This document shows positions 10,518 to 20,285 of a stretch of 64,000 bases of DNA, one piece after another; position 1 is the stretch's first letter, and the number at the start of each line of letters is the position of its first letter. Origin of the DNA: an uncultured delta proteobacterium. GTDB lineage: Bacteria; Desulfobacterota; Binatia; UBA9968. Where the stretch lies: the NCBI GenBank assembly GCA_963737905.1, contig CAVTUQ010000031.1, forward strand, positions 16,971-80,970, in the 5' to 3' direction. The notes under the pieces are model-generated. The model ran no database searches. It saw nothing but the letters and a program-made list of their open reading frames with translations, and was not told the DNA's origin. The translations under genes and the position numbers were made by a program.

Positions 10518-11174
10518 ATGACTGAACGCGAACAAATTTGCCGCAAAGCGGAGTCTTTCTTCAATGACCTGTGGATGCGCGGCGATCCCTGGGAGCTTGA
10601 AACCTCAAATTGGGAGCACGAAAGGTATGCGCGCCTGCTGGCAATGCTCGATCAGCCCCGATACGGGCGCGTCCTCGAAATCGGCTGCGGCGCGGGAACA
10701 TTCACGCGGCGGCTGGCGGGTCTGGCTGATAAGGTACTCGCTCTGGATGTCTCGTCGGAAGCCATCGACAGGGCGCGGGCGGCCCAATCGGATCTCAAAC
10801 AGATTGAATTCCGCGTCGGAAACATCATGGATTACAACCTCAGGGAGGAAGAGCCATGGGACCTCATTGTAATGAGTGAGACCGTTTACTTTCTCGGCTG
10901 GCTTTATTCCTTCTTTGATGTTTCCTGGTTAGCCGCAGAGATGTTCGAGGCGACTCGCCCGGGCGGCCAGATGCTCTTGGCCAACACACAATTCGAAACC
11001 GGGGAACCTCTTCTTCGTCCTTGCATCATTCGCACCTACCGCGACCTGTTCCTGAACGTCGGGTACGAATTAAACGCAGAGAAGATACTTCCCGGCGAAA
11101 AACACGGGGTTCGTCTCGAGGTTTTGATGTCGCTCTTTCGCAAAGTCGACTCAACGGCCGGAACCCCTTCATGA
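10518..11174 (+). CDS. NodS-like SAM-dependent methyltransferase
   Basis: DPWELETSNWEHERY, VLEIGCGAGTFT, DLIVMSETVYFL, as in NodS-family N-methyltransferases. Confidence 0.8.
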   Translation: MTEREQICRKAESFFNDLWMRGDPWELETSNWEHERYARLLAMLDQPRYGRVLEIGCGAGTFTRRLAGLADKVLALDVSSEAIDRARAAQSDLKQIEFRVGNIMDYNLREEEPWDLIVMSETVYFLGWLYSFFDVSWLAAEMFEATRPGGQMLLANTQFETGEPLLRPCIIRTYRDLFLNVGYELNAEKILPGEKHGVRLEVLMSLFRKVDSTAGTPS

Positions 11175-11831
11175 AGCTGTATCGGCCGCACGGCGAATCA
11201 CTTCATAGATTATATTCTGCTGGTCCCCCCAAGGATATCGGGCGTCACTACGGCCCTGTCGCGGGTGAATCCGAACCTCGCGCGGCCGTGGCGAAAGCTC
11301 ATTCAAAATATGATCGAGGAATGTTCCCAAGTCATAGGTATGGGTATAAAATCCTCGCTGATAGTGTTCGTCACGCTTGCGTTTTGAACGAAGGGGTTGA
11401 GGGGGCAAATAAAAAACCAGGATGAGCTTTTTTGCCGCGCACGAATACAGAGACTGAATGGCTGGAACATAGTCAGGCAAATGCTCCAGCACGTGACGGC
11501 AAATGACGGCATCAAACTTGCGGCGAAGCTTTTTGGTCTCATAGAGCGACATCCGCCGAAACCGATGGCGATCCCCGGGATGGACGCTTTGGGCAACCTC
11601 TAGAAACTTCTCCGTGACATCGATGCCAAGATAATCAATATTCAGTCCGAGATCGCGAATCAGATCGAACATCACTCCGGTTCCGCAACCCACATCGAGA
11701 ACCGATGACATGCCATCGAGCAGGCTAAGGGTTTTCGTTCGCGACGGGTGGGTTTTCCCCTCCGGACCTGAACGCAAAAAATCCTTGGATTGCTCGGTAC
11801 TCCAACGATGCCAGTTTTCTTTCAGTTTCAT
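11169..11831 (-). CDS. Class I SAM-dependent methyltransferase
   Basis: SVLDVGCGTG, YLGIDV, FDAVICRHVLEHL. Confidence 0.85.
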   Translation of the reverse strand: MKLKENWHRWSTEQSKDFLRSGPEGKTHPSRTKTLSLLDGMSSVLDVGCGTGVMFDLIRDLGLNIDYLGIDVTEKFLEVAQSVHPGDRHRFRRMSLYETKKLRRKFDAVICRHVLEHLPDYVPAIQSLYSCAAKKLILVFYLPPQPLRSKRKRDEHYQRGFYTHTYDLGTFLDHILNELSPRPREVRIHPRQGRSDARYPWGDQQNIIYEVIRRAADTAS

Positions 11832-12114
11832 GTTGACCCCAACTTAGTTCGATAAAGCGGCCTATGCCCTCGATCGGTTAGAACGAGAAGGGTAGCAATT
11901 TCGATAACAATATTAAACCGTGCATACCCACTCGATGCCTGATAGTGAGTCTTTAGGCATGTCAGATCGTCGCTCCGTTCCCCCTAAGTCCGTGAATATG
12001 CGGTTCTTAGACAAGGACGGTCCGAAGACCGAAGCGCGCGGTTACCGCCTCAGTTGGGGTATCGCTCGCTGTCTCGTTATTTGCGGGTGTTTGAAACAGA
12101 ACGAAAGATATCTT

Positions 12115-12256
12115 ATGAAGACTGTCACAGCTCGTGATTTACAGAAGAACCGTTCAAGAATCCATGGGTGCCTCTCAACACGACCGGATTGTGGTTCCAG
12201 GCCGAGGCAAACCGGCCGCCGTGCTGGTGGCGGCCGAGGGCAGTGACCGGAAAGAG
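12115..12256 (+). pseudogene. Decayed Phd/YefM antitoxin remnant
   Basis: MKTVTARDLQK, then after a frameshift TVQESMGASQHDRIVVPGRGKPAAVLV, which follows the Phd/YefM 'v-i-t-r-r-G-K-P-a-A-V-L-V' pattern. No C-terminus and no toxin gene. Confidence 0.65.
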
Positions 12257-12259
12257 CCG

Positions 12260-13444
12260 ATGAGCATCGAGAGCGGTCCTTCGGTCATGGAGCGCGACCT
12301 CCGGCTCGATTTTTTCCGCGGCCTCGCCCTCTTCTGCATCTTCATCGATCACCTTCCCAACAATATCCTGTCGGAGTTTACGCTCCAATCGGTGATGTTC
12401 TCCGATGCGGCCGAAGTGTTTATCCTGATCTCCGGCTACACCGCCGGCCTGGTGTACAGTCGTGCCATGGAGCGCCAGGGTTTCCTGATAGGTGGGGTCC
12501 GCATCTACCACCGGGTGTGGCAGCTCTATGTCGCCCATGTCTTTCTGTTCATGATATTCCTCGCGACAGTGGCGTACACGGTCGGTGCACTTAACAACTC
12601 GCTCTACGCCGAGGAGTTCGGCGCTGCCAACTTTCTCGGCGAGCCCGGTGTGGCGGTGGTCAAGGCCCTGACCTTGCAGTTTCAGCCGGCCTTCATGCAC
12701 ATCCTGCCGCTCTACATTGTCCTGCTGGCGGTTCTACCCTTTGTGCTAGCCGGTTTTCGATCCTGGTCGGGGGTGATAATTTTCGCATCGTTCGTGCTGT
12801 GGCTCGCCGTCCAGTTCGACAAACGGATCGCGCTGCCCGCCTATCCTGGCCCCGACCGGGTGTGGCCTTTCAACCCGCTCGCCTGGCAGGCTCTGTTCTT
12901 CCTGGGAGCATGGCTTGGCTGGCGGGGTACCCGCGGTGGGGTTTCCTGGCTCAGCCGTCGCTGGCTATTCTGCCTCGCGGCGGGCTTCTCGGTGGCCGGA
13001 TTCTTAATTCGGTTCAGTTGGACGCTCCATGGCTTCTACGATCCGATTCCAGTCCTACTCAGCGGCAAGCCGTTGTGGCTGTTCTTGAGCAAAACAGACC
13101 TAGGCCCCCTTCGGTTCGCCAACGTACTCGCCGTCGCACTGCTCGTCGCACGTCTGATCCAGCCACAGGCGCGGTTTTTGGCCAGCCAAGCCGCGCGCCC
13201 CTTTGTTATCTGCGGGCGCAACTCCCTCCATATCTTCTGCCTCGGCATCTTGCTCTCGGTGCTGGGGCAACTGGTGCTCAACGAATTCTTCGGTGGCATC
13301 CCCATGCAGTTCGCCGTATCCGCGGCCGGCATCGCGATCATGATTGGCATCGCCGCATTTATGGAGTGGTTCGCCGCCGCACAGCGCTCGTCAGACGGCA
13401 AGGGCCTGAGGGCACCGATAGCCGGCAAAGGAGCGCCAGGATGA
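12260..13444 (+). CDS. opgC: OpgC-domain membrane acyltransferase (periplasmic glucan modification, alphaproteobacterial type)
   Basis: ERDLRLDFFRGLAL, FSDAAEVFILISGY, ILPLYIVL, FNPLAWQALF, GRNSLHIFC; ~10 TM helices. Start taken at ATG 12260. Confidence 0.85.
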   Translation: MSIESGPSVMERDLRLDFFRGLALFCIFIDHLPNNILSEFTLQSVMFSDAAEVFILISGYTAGLVYSRAMERQGFLIGGVRIYHRVWQLYVAHVFLFMIFLATVAYTVGALNNSLYAEEFGAANFLGEPGVAVVKALTLQFQPAFMHILPLYIVLLAVLPFVLAGFRSWSGVIIFASFVLWLAVQFDKRIALPAYPGPDRVWPFNPLAWQALFFLGAWLGWRGTRGGVSWLSRRWLFCLAAGFSVAGFLIRFSWTLHGFYDPIPVLLSGKPLWLFLSKTDLGPLRFANVLAVALLVARLIQPQARFLASQAARPFVICGRNSLHIFCLGILLSVLGQLVLNEFFGGIPMQFAVSAAGIAIMIGIAAFMEWFAAAQRSSDGKGLRAPIAGKGAPG

Positions 13445-14235
13445 GACCACCTGCCTTCCTCCGTTATATTATTATCCTGATCACCGTGGCAGGCATGGGG
13501 TTTGTAGCCACACCGGCCGGCGCCCTCGACCAGGAACACGAGTGCTCTGTGCCCGAGAGTTTCTATACGTTTGAGCCGACATTGGCAAAGACGACCAAAG
13601 CGCTCGCCGACGGCCGGGAGGTCGTCATCGCTGTCCTCGGCGGATCGTCCACACTGGGGCGAGCTGCTGGCGGGGCCGGCTTCGCCTGGCCCGCACGCCT
13701 GGGCGCTGCGCTTGCCGTGAGATTCCCGTCCGCGCGCGTCAAGGTGGTCAACCTTGCCGTCGCGCGCCAGACGGCGAAGGGGACGGTCGATAGCTTGGCG
13801 CGCGACGTCCTTCCCCTGAAGCCGACCCTTGTGATTTGGGAGACCGGCACAGTGGAGGCGGTTCAGGGCAGTGATATTGACCAGTTCCGGGAAACTATGC
13901 AGGCTGGGATTGACGCATTGCGCACCGCCGGGGCAGAGGTGGTGTTGATGAACATGCAGTTCGCGCGCGCTACCGACGCGATGATCCACTTCGAGCCCTA
14001 TCTTATCGCGATGCGCCAGGTGGCGGACGCCGACGATGTGGCACTGTTCCGGCGCCACGGCATCATGCGCTATTGGGCCGAGAACGGCTTATTCGATCCG
14101 ACGGTGAGAGACGGTGAGAAGAGCCGCCAGCTCGCCGCGAAGCTTTATGATTGCATCGGCCGCGCGATGGCCAACTTTGTGACCCACGGCATTCCTGCTG
14201 CAAAGCCCGCGACTAACGTTGGGAGCGATCGATGA
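13441..14235 (+). CDS. SGNH/GDSL family hydrolase, exported
   Basis: Signal peptide; VLGGSST block I; LVIWETGT. ATG 13441 overlaps the opgC stop (ATGA). Confidence 0.8.
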   Translation: MRPPAFLRYIIILITVAGMGFVATPAGALDQEHECSVPESFYTFEPTLAKTTKALADGREVVIAVLGGSSTLGRAAGGAGFAWPARLGAALAVRFPSARVKVVNLAVARQTAKGTVDSLARDVLPLKPTLVIWETGTVEAVQGSDIDQFRETMQAGIDALRTAGAEVVLMNMQFARATDAMIHFEPYLIAMRQVADADDVALFRRHGIMRYWAENGLFDPTVRDGEKSRQLAAKLYDCIGRAMANFVTHGIPAAKPATNVGSDR

Positions 14236-15029
14236 GCATGCCTCGATGGGCGGTTTCCTCCGCTGCGATTCTCTGGCTGTTCACGTCCGCGTCCGCCGAG
14301 CCCTTGCATACTGCTCTGAGTTGCAACGCACCTCAGGAGCTGACGCGTTTTACGGTACCGCTGCCCAACACCGCCCGCGCGATCCGCTCGGGCAAGGAGC
14401 TTGTCATACTCGCCATCGGTTCCTCCTCGACCAAGGGAGTCGGTGCTTCCGATCCGGCGCATACTTATCCCGCCCGGTTCGCCGAAGAGCTCCACCAACA
14501 CTGGCCGAAGCTCGCGGTGACCGTGATCAATAAAGGTGTCGGCGGCGAGATCGCCTCCCAGATGTTGGAGCGCTTCGAACGCGACGTGTTGCCTTATCAC
14601 CCGCAGCTCGTCATCTGGCAGACGGGAAGCAATCAGGCGCTGAGAAGCGGAAACATCAAGGAATTTGTCGCCACCATGCGTGAGGGGATCAACCGTCTCA
14701 AGGCGGCCCACGTCGACGTCGTGCTGATGGATCCGCAGTTCGCTCCGCGCGTGCTCGCACGGCCGCTGCATCTGTTCATCGTGGATTCCATCGGCGCCGT
14801 CGCTAACGAAACGAAGGTGGCCGTGTTCCACAGGTTCGCGGTGATGCGACACTGGATATGGAGCGGCCAGTACAAGATAGAAGACATCATCTCAACCGAC
14901 GGCCTGCACATGAACGACGTGAGCTATAGTTGCATCGCCCGTCTGCTGGCCGATAGCCTAGTGGCGGCAACCGAGTCCGAGACCCCCGGCCGGCCGCGAA
15001 ACGAGGCGGCGAGAAATGCGAGCAGATAA
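14232..15029 (+). CDS. SGNH/GDSL family hydrolase, exported
   Basis: Signal peptide; AIGSSST, NKGVGGE, WQTGSN, DGLHMND. Confidence 0.88.
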   Translation: MSMPRWAVSSAAILWLFTSASAEPLHTALSCNAPQELTRFTVPLPNTARAIRSGKELVILAIGSSSTKGVGASDPAHTYPARFAEELHQHWPKLAVTVINKGVGGEIASQMLERFERDVLPYHPQLVIWQTGSNQALRSGNIKEFVATMREGINRLKAAHVDVVLMDPQFAPRVLARPLHLFIVDSIGAVANETKVAVFHRFAVMRHWIWSGQYKIEDIISTDGLHMNDVSYSCIARLLADSLVAATESETPGRPRNEAARNASR

Positions 15030-15090
15030 CGAGTGTGTAGTGCTGGCTTCGGAAAGGCCCACTCGGGATTGCAGGGGACACTTATCTGGG

Positions 15091-16133
15091 CTAAATCCGA
15101 TAAAATTCCTTAGCGTTGTCGTAAAGGATCTTCTGCTTTGCTTGATCGGCAAGATCGGTGCGGGAAAGCAACTCAGGTATGTCCTTCAAGAATTCTCCGT
15201 AGACGCGTTCATGCGGATAGTCCGAAGGGAACATCACTCGATCTTCACCGATTACCTGAATCACATGACTTAAAGACGTTTCTTCCGGCTCGCAGGTGAC
15301 GTAAACCGGGCACTCTTTGATATAGACGCTGGGCTTTTTCTTCATGTTCGGGAACGAGCGCCCTCCGCGGGTTTCGTATTCGTAGTCGAGGCGGTCCATC
15401 ATGTAGGGGAGCCAGCCGCAACCGGCTTCGAGGAAAGCGATCTTCAGACGGGGAAACTTTTCTAAAACCCCATCGCAAACGATGCTGGTGAATTGGATCA
15501 TGAGCGGAAAAGGGTGCTCCAAAGCGTGGACCTGGCCCTGGTCTTCGAAATAGTCGAAGCCGAAACCGCGGCTCGGGGCGCCGTGGACGCCGAGGGGAAC
15601 TCCAAGATGTTCCGCCTCGCGAAAGATCGGATGGAAATCGGGATGACCGAAGGCTTTGTTCATTACCGTGGCCGACGGTAGAAAAGCGCCGACCATGTCG
15701 AGTTTTTCCACCGCGTAGCGCAACTCCTCGACTGCGCCCTGCGGGTCTTGAACGGGTAGAATGGCGACTGCCCTTCAAGCGCGAGTCTTTCTTGATGTAG
15801 CGGTGCGTGGAACCAATTGTTATAGGCCCGTGCGATCGAACATGCCCATTCCGGATTTTGCACGAGGCCGATGGCAAGGCCGGCGGTGGGATAAAGCACG
15901 GTGCTTTCGAGCCCCATGTTATCGACGAACTTGATCACGTCTTCCGGTCTTGTCTCGGTAACCTTGTCGGGGCGCCCGGCGCCCAAGCCACGCGGCCAGC
16001 CATCCAGCGAAGGGAAGAGTGGGTAAGCGCGCGCCCGCCGCATGCCGCGGTATTTGCCTTCGAAGTATTCCTCGATCTCTTCGTGATTTTCGTAAATATG
16101 CCCGTCGGCATCGATAACTTTGGGATTCTGCAT
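15091..16133 (-). CDS. Amidohydrolase family protein with two +1 frameshifts (~15806, ~15769)
   Basis: MQNPKVIDADGH...RAYNNWFH / RYIKKDSRLKG / VAILPVQDPQGAVEELRYAVEKL...LEAGCGW...FPSDYPH. Removing two single extra bases gives one intact protein. Confidence 0.8.
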
Positions 16134-16290
16134 GAGTGACCTCTTTGTTGGGTTCAATATCTGGGCGCACAGTAGGCCGTGAATTTTTTGGTGTCAAGTA
16201 TCGTCATGCCGGGCGAAGACTCACCGGGTGTAAGGCAAGTTGAATTGGTGTATATGTTGCCTAGGAAACCGCTAAAAGGAGGGCAGGATT

Positions 16291-17376
16291 ATGGCTTGGA
16301 ACGAAATTCCGGTGGTCGATGGCGACGGCCATGTGATGGAAGATTGGGATTCGCTTTTGCAGTACATGCCGGAGCCGTACATCAAGAGCGGCCGATTTCG
16401 TGGCCGAATCTTTCCGCCTTTGGATCACCTTCATTCCGCAAGTCTATTCCAGTTGGTCCCCGGGGCCTTCAGGCAAGTTGGAATGGACGGTTGGTTGGAA
16501 TTTATGGACGATGTAGGAATTCAACGAGCGGTGCTGTACACGACGGGCGGCCTTGCTTTCGGTAAAGTCATCACCGGGGAGTTCGCTATTGACGTGGCGC
16601 GCGCGTGGAACAACTGGTTCCATGACACCTATCTCAAGAAGAGCGCGCGTTTCCAGGGGCTCGCGCTGATTCCGTTGCAGGAACCGGAAGAAGCTGTAAA
16701 AGAATTGCGCCGGGCGGTAACGGAGCTCGGTTTCTGCGGCGCGATGATTCCGTCCACCGGCTTCAAAGGACATTTGGGTGCCAGAGAGTACTGGCCGGTT
16801 TATGCTGAGGCCAATAGGTTGGGTTGCGCCTTGGGAATCCATGGCGGTGCCCATGAGAATTTGGGCATGGACTATCTCACTCCCTACGCGCCGATCAACG
16901 CGCTAGGCCATCCCTTCGGCCAGATGGTGGCGTTCGCGGGTATCATCTTCAATGGGATTTTCGATAGGTTTCCCAACTTACGCATCGGTTTCATGGAAGC
17001 CGGGGTTTCGTGGTTGCAGACCTGTCTCGAACGATTCGACCGTGGGTGGGAAACCCACATCCAGTACGATCCTCGCGAAGAGTATATCCGGCTCCAACCC
17101 GGAGAAAGCATAAGCGCCTATATCCGAAGACACGTAGAGGCCGGGAGGATATTCGTCGGTTGTGAAGGCACTGAAAAGGCGCTGCATCTCCTGATCGAAG
17201 CGGTCGGAAACAAGGCCTTCATGTTCTCCAGCGATTTTCCCCACGAAGTGAATAACGAATACTGCAAGCATGAAATTGCGGAGATCGTTGAGAACGAGCA
17301 TCTTACCGACGACGACAAGCACGCTGTTCTGCACCGCAACGCCGAGCGCTTTTATAGCCTCAAGCCGTTAGGTTAG
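16291..17376 (+). CDS. Amidohydrolase family protein
   Basis: VDGDGHV, ARAWNNW, LGIHGG, MEAGVSW, FSSDFPH; GGAGGG RBS. Confidence 0.92.
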   Translation: MAWNEIPVVDGDGHVMEDWDSLLQYMPEPYIKSGRFRGRIFPPLDHLHSASLFQLVPGAFRQVGMDGWLEFMDDVGIQRAVLYTTGGLAFGKVITGEFAIDVARAWNNWFHDTYLKKSARFQGLALIPLQEPEEAVKELRRAVTELGFCGAMIPSTGFKGHLGAREYWPVYAEANRLGCALGIHGGAHENLGMDYLTPYAPINALGHPFGQMVAFAGIIFNGIFDRFPNLRIGFMEAGVSWLQTCLERFDRGWETHIQYDPREEYIRLQPGESISAYIRRHVEAGRIFVGCEGTEKALHLLIEAVGNKAFMFSSDFPHEVNNEYCKHEIAEIVENEHLTDDDKHAVLHRNAERFYSLKPLG

Positions 17377-17575
17377 TTTGATTTCTGCGGCAGGTTTTTA
17401 TCGTCTTCCTTCAGTCACAAACTGCGGAGCAGTTGAATATGCCTTTTTCGACCAGGATATTCACGCATAATACGCTGCTTGGGATGGGACTGTTTGAAAA
17501 AAACGGGTGCGAAGATGGGACGGCCGGCTTTTTTCGAGTCTAGGAGGCTCTGCGGAGCGTCTCGACGCCCGCTTC

Positions 17576-17833
17576 TTATACTGCCCTGCGAAGGTGACGC
17601 GCGCGGACTTTCAACGCAAACTGATGGAGCTTTGCCCCATGCTCGCGGATATACTTCTCTACGGCTGGCTCTGTCTCAGCGCGATACGCAGCGATCATCC
17701 TAACCTCGTCAATTAAGCGTTGCTCGAATTCTTCATGCTCGGTGGACGTGAAGATCTCTAGTTCGGACTCCGCAATCAGGTTCTCTAGCGTCTTTTCTAT
17801 CGAATCCTGTATGAACCAACCGTTCTTAAGCAT
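17576..17833 (-). CDS. Small hypothetical helical protein
   Basis: 85-aa ORF with GAGGT RBS before the ATG; no recognisable motif. Confidence 0.45.
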   Translation of the reverse strand: MLKNGWFIQDSIEKTLENLIAESELEIFTSTEHEEFEQRLIDEVRMIAAYRAETEPAVEKYIREHGAKLHQFALKVRARHLRRAV

Positions 17834-18082
17834 CTTTTACCTCGTCCTAGAAGAACGCGATGAAATCATTGTAGACTGGAAACCCTTGCAAGTTCCAGCA
17901 TTAACGGAAAGTTTCCTACAATATCAACGGCCCTCTGATTGACGACTTTACCGATAGTCTTCGGGCTTTTTGTAGGGAATGATGTCAGAGATGGCCGAGA
18001 AGTGTTCGTCGTATGCCCCTCTCTGCCAATATGAATGAGACACTTACCCGCCAATAGTTTAGTGTAGAGGGCGAGTAAGGAA

Positions 18083-18484
18083 TTGAAGGTGGAGACAGGA
18101 ACATCAACGGAGGTGGAGGTAGTGGGCAAGGCGGAGCGGCGGCGGTTCACGGCGGAATACAAGCAGAAGGTTTTACGGGAAGCAGATAAATGCCAGCGGC
18201 CGGGAGAGATCGGGGCGTTTTTGCGCCGGGAGGGATTGTACTGGTCGAATCTTAGTACCTGGCGCAAGCAGCGGGAGAGCGGGGAATTGGCGGGGCTATC
18301 AGCAAGAAAGCGCGGGCCTGAGCGCCGGGAGAAAAACCCGTTAGCGGATCGGGTGAGAGAGCTGGAACGGGAGAATGGGCGGCTTAAGCGGCGGGCGGAG
18401 CGTGCGGAGGGGATAGTGGAGCTGCAAAAAAAAGTCTCGGAGATTTTGGGGATCGAACTGGCAGAGAGCGCCGAGAAGGACTGA
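18083..18484 (+). CDS. IS3 transposase OrfA (HTH)
   Basis: RRRFTAEYKQKVL, GEIGAFLRREGLYWSNLSTWRKQ, coiled coil. An A8G slippery run at 18426-18434 suits -1 frameshifting. Confidence 0.9.
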   Translation: MKVETGTSTEVEVVGKAERRRFTAEYKQKVLREADKCQRPGEIGAFLRREGLYWSNLSTWRKQRESGELAGLSARKRGPERREKNPLADRVRELERENGRLKRRAERAEGIVELQKKVSEILGIELAESAEKD

Positions 18485-19614
18485 TGGCGGTGGTGAGAGA
18501 GAACCAGGCAAGGTATTCGGTGGAAACGATCTGTGCGGGACTGGGAATAGCGCGGGCCAGTTACTACCGGATGGAGCGACCGAGGCGAGCCCTTGTAGCG
18601 GAGCGTGTTCATCCCCGGGCGCTGTCGGCTAACGAACGGCAAGAGGCGCTCGGGGTTCTTAACAGCGAGCGGTTTTGGGACCAGGCACCTGGGGAAGTGT
18701 ATGCGACGCTGCTGGACGAAGGTAGGTATCTGTGCTCAGAGCGGACCATGTACCGGATCTTGGCAGAGAATCAGCAAGTCAGAGAAAGAAGAGATCAGAT
18801 CCGACATCCGTGTTATCAAGCCCCCGAGTTGATCGCCAGTGGGCCCAACGAGGTGTGGTCATGGGATATTACGAAGATGTTGGGGCCAGCGAAGTGGACG
18901 TATTTTTATCTCTACGTGATCCTGGATATCTTCAGCCGCTACGTAGTGGGTTGGATGCTGGCGTATCGGGAATCGGCCGAGTTGGGAAAGAAACTCATTG
19001 AGCAAACCATCGAGCGGCAAAGTATCTGTCCGGGGACTCTCACGGTGCATGCGGATCGGGGGGCGCCGATGACATCCAAGGCGGTGGCATTTTTGTTGGC
19101 GGGGCTGGGAGTGACCAAGACCCACAGCCGCCCGTATGTCTCCAATGACAACCCGTATTCGGAGAGCCAATTCAAGACCATGAAGTACCGTCCCGAGTTT
19201 CCCGAACGCTTTGGTTGTTACCAAGATGCGCACCGATTCTTGACCGAGTTTTTCCCCTGGTACAACCACGAGCATCATCACTCTGGCTTGGGATACTTAA
19301 CGCCGTACGAGGTTCACTATGGGCTGGCGGCAAACCGACGCGAACAGAGGACCGAAGTACTCAAGCAAGCCTATGAGAAAAATCCCCACCGTTTTGTGCG
19401 TGGCTTGCCAAGCCCCGCTCTGTTACCGACTGCCGCATGGATCAACAAACCCAGAGAAATCTCTCGGCCGCAGAGCCCAGAGGTTATGAATTCATCGATG
19501 ACGGGCATCGAGCACAAAAACGGCTTCCATAATTGCCCTATAACGAACGATCAGCCATCGGGTAAGGGTCTGGCTAGGGGGGAAAATCAGCTGAGCGAGG
19601 ATATTGTAGTCTAA
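18484..19614 (+). CDS. IS3 transposase OrfB (DDE integrase core)
   Basis: PNEVWSWDIT, LDIFSRYVVGW, HADRG, DNPYSESQFKTMK, WYNHEHHHSGL. Confidence 0.93.
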   Translation: MAVVRENQARYSVETICAGLGIARASYYRMERPRRALVAERVHPRALSANERQEALGVLNSERFWDQAPGEVYATLLDEGRYLCSERTMYRILAENQQVRERRDQIRHPCYQAPELIASGPNEVWSWDITKMLGPAKWTYFYLYVILDIFSRYVVGWMLAYRESAELGKKLIEQTIERQSICPGTLTVHADRGAPMTSKAVAFLLAGLGVTKTHSRPYVSNDNPYSESQFKTMKYRPEFPERFGCYQDAHRFLTEFFPWYNHEHHHSGLGYLTPYEVHYGLAANRREQRTEVLKQAYEKNPHRFVRGLPSPALLPTAAWINKPREISRPQSPEVMNSSMTGIEHKNGFHNCPITNDQPSGKGLARGENQLSEDIVV

Positions 19615-20023
19615 TTTCTCAATCGGGCGTGTCTCATTTCATTGACAGGCTCCGTGCGACGATTGCTTCACATCCATAGACGAATGCGGCAATAGCATGC
19701 GGTACATCGCTGGAGTCTCGCAAACGAGTGAACCTGCGGGCATGCCGTGTCCGCTCCACGCGAGATACAAAGGGAAGTATTTGCAGGGGAAATGAGAAAA
19801 TCTTCTCCAGTGCGGCTTTGCCGAAAGCGGCTCCCTGGGTGAAGCCGGGCGCGTTATTTAGGGCAAACACATATAGTTCATGCAGGGCATAGAACGAGGT
19901 AGCAGCGGACAGCGAACCGTCAGTGATTCGAGCGAATAATCTTTCTGTGTGCGGATATCTGTCTTGTTCGACTGCTTGAGTGAGGGTGTAGACCAAGAGA
20001 ACGGACGTGTCGATATAGAGCAA

Positions 20024-20182
20024 CTATCTGGATCCTGCCCGCTTCTTCGTGTGCTTTTTACGTGAGGCCTCTATCGTTTCTTCGTGGGCCAAGATGCGCT
20101 TGAGACTGGCTTTTCGTGCTCGGTGAAGCAGTACGGACGTGGGTACCGTCCGAATAAATTTGCCAAATTCCTTAAGGTTCAT
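20024..20182 (-). CDS. Putative small antitoxin upstream of the PIN toxin
   Basis: 52-aa basic ORF MNLKEFGKFIRTV... that abuts the toxin start. Called by position only. Confidence 0.55.
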   Translation of the reverse strand: MNLKEFGKFIRTVPTSVLLHRARKASLKRILAHEETIEASRKKHTKKRAGSR

Positions 20183-20285
20183 CGTAGGAATAGAGTAACA
20201 GCCGGCAAACAGTCGGTCAACCAAGCGTCTTATGAGTCAAAGATCGTGGCGGAGTACAGGTGGCGGAAAGGCCGTTAGCGTCAGA

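Larger units (their letters stand above)
18017..19654 (+). mobile_element. IS3-family insertion sequence (~1.64 kb)
   Basis: Imperfect terminal IRs (ccctctctgccaatatgaatgagacac ... gtgtctcatttcattgacaggctccg); flanking TGC duplicated at 18014-16 and 19655-57; orfA/orfB layout. Confidence 0.92.
17948..20023 (-). pseudogene. vapC: PIN-domain (VapC-like) toxin gene interrupted by an IS3-family element
   Basis: N-part 20023..19655 MLYIDTSVL...DSSDVPHAIAAFVYGCEAIVA joins C-part 18016..17948 (A)YDEHFSAISDIIPYKKPEDYR*. Together they give a complete ~144-aa PIN protein. Confidence 0.88.

Noticed and set aside
12799-13440. N-terminal extension of the 478-aa ORF
   Set aside because: It is an alternative frame overlapping opgC. 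The real SGNH gene starts at ATG 13441 with a signal peptide.
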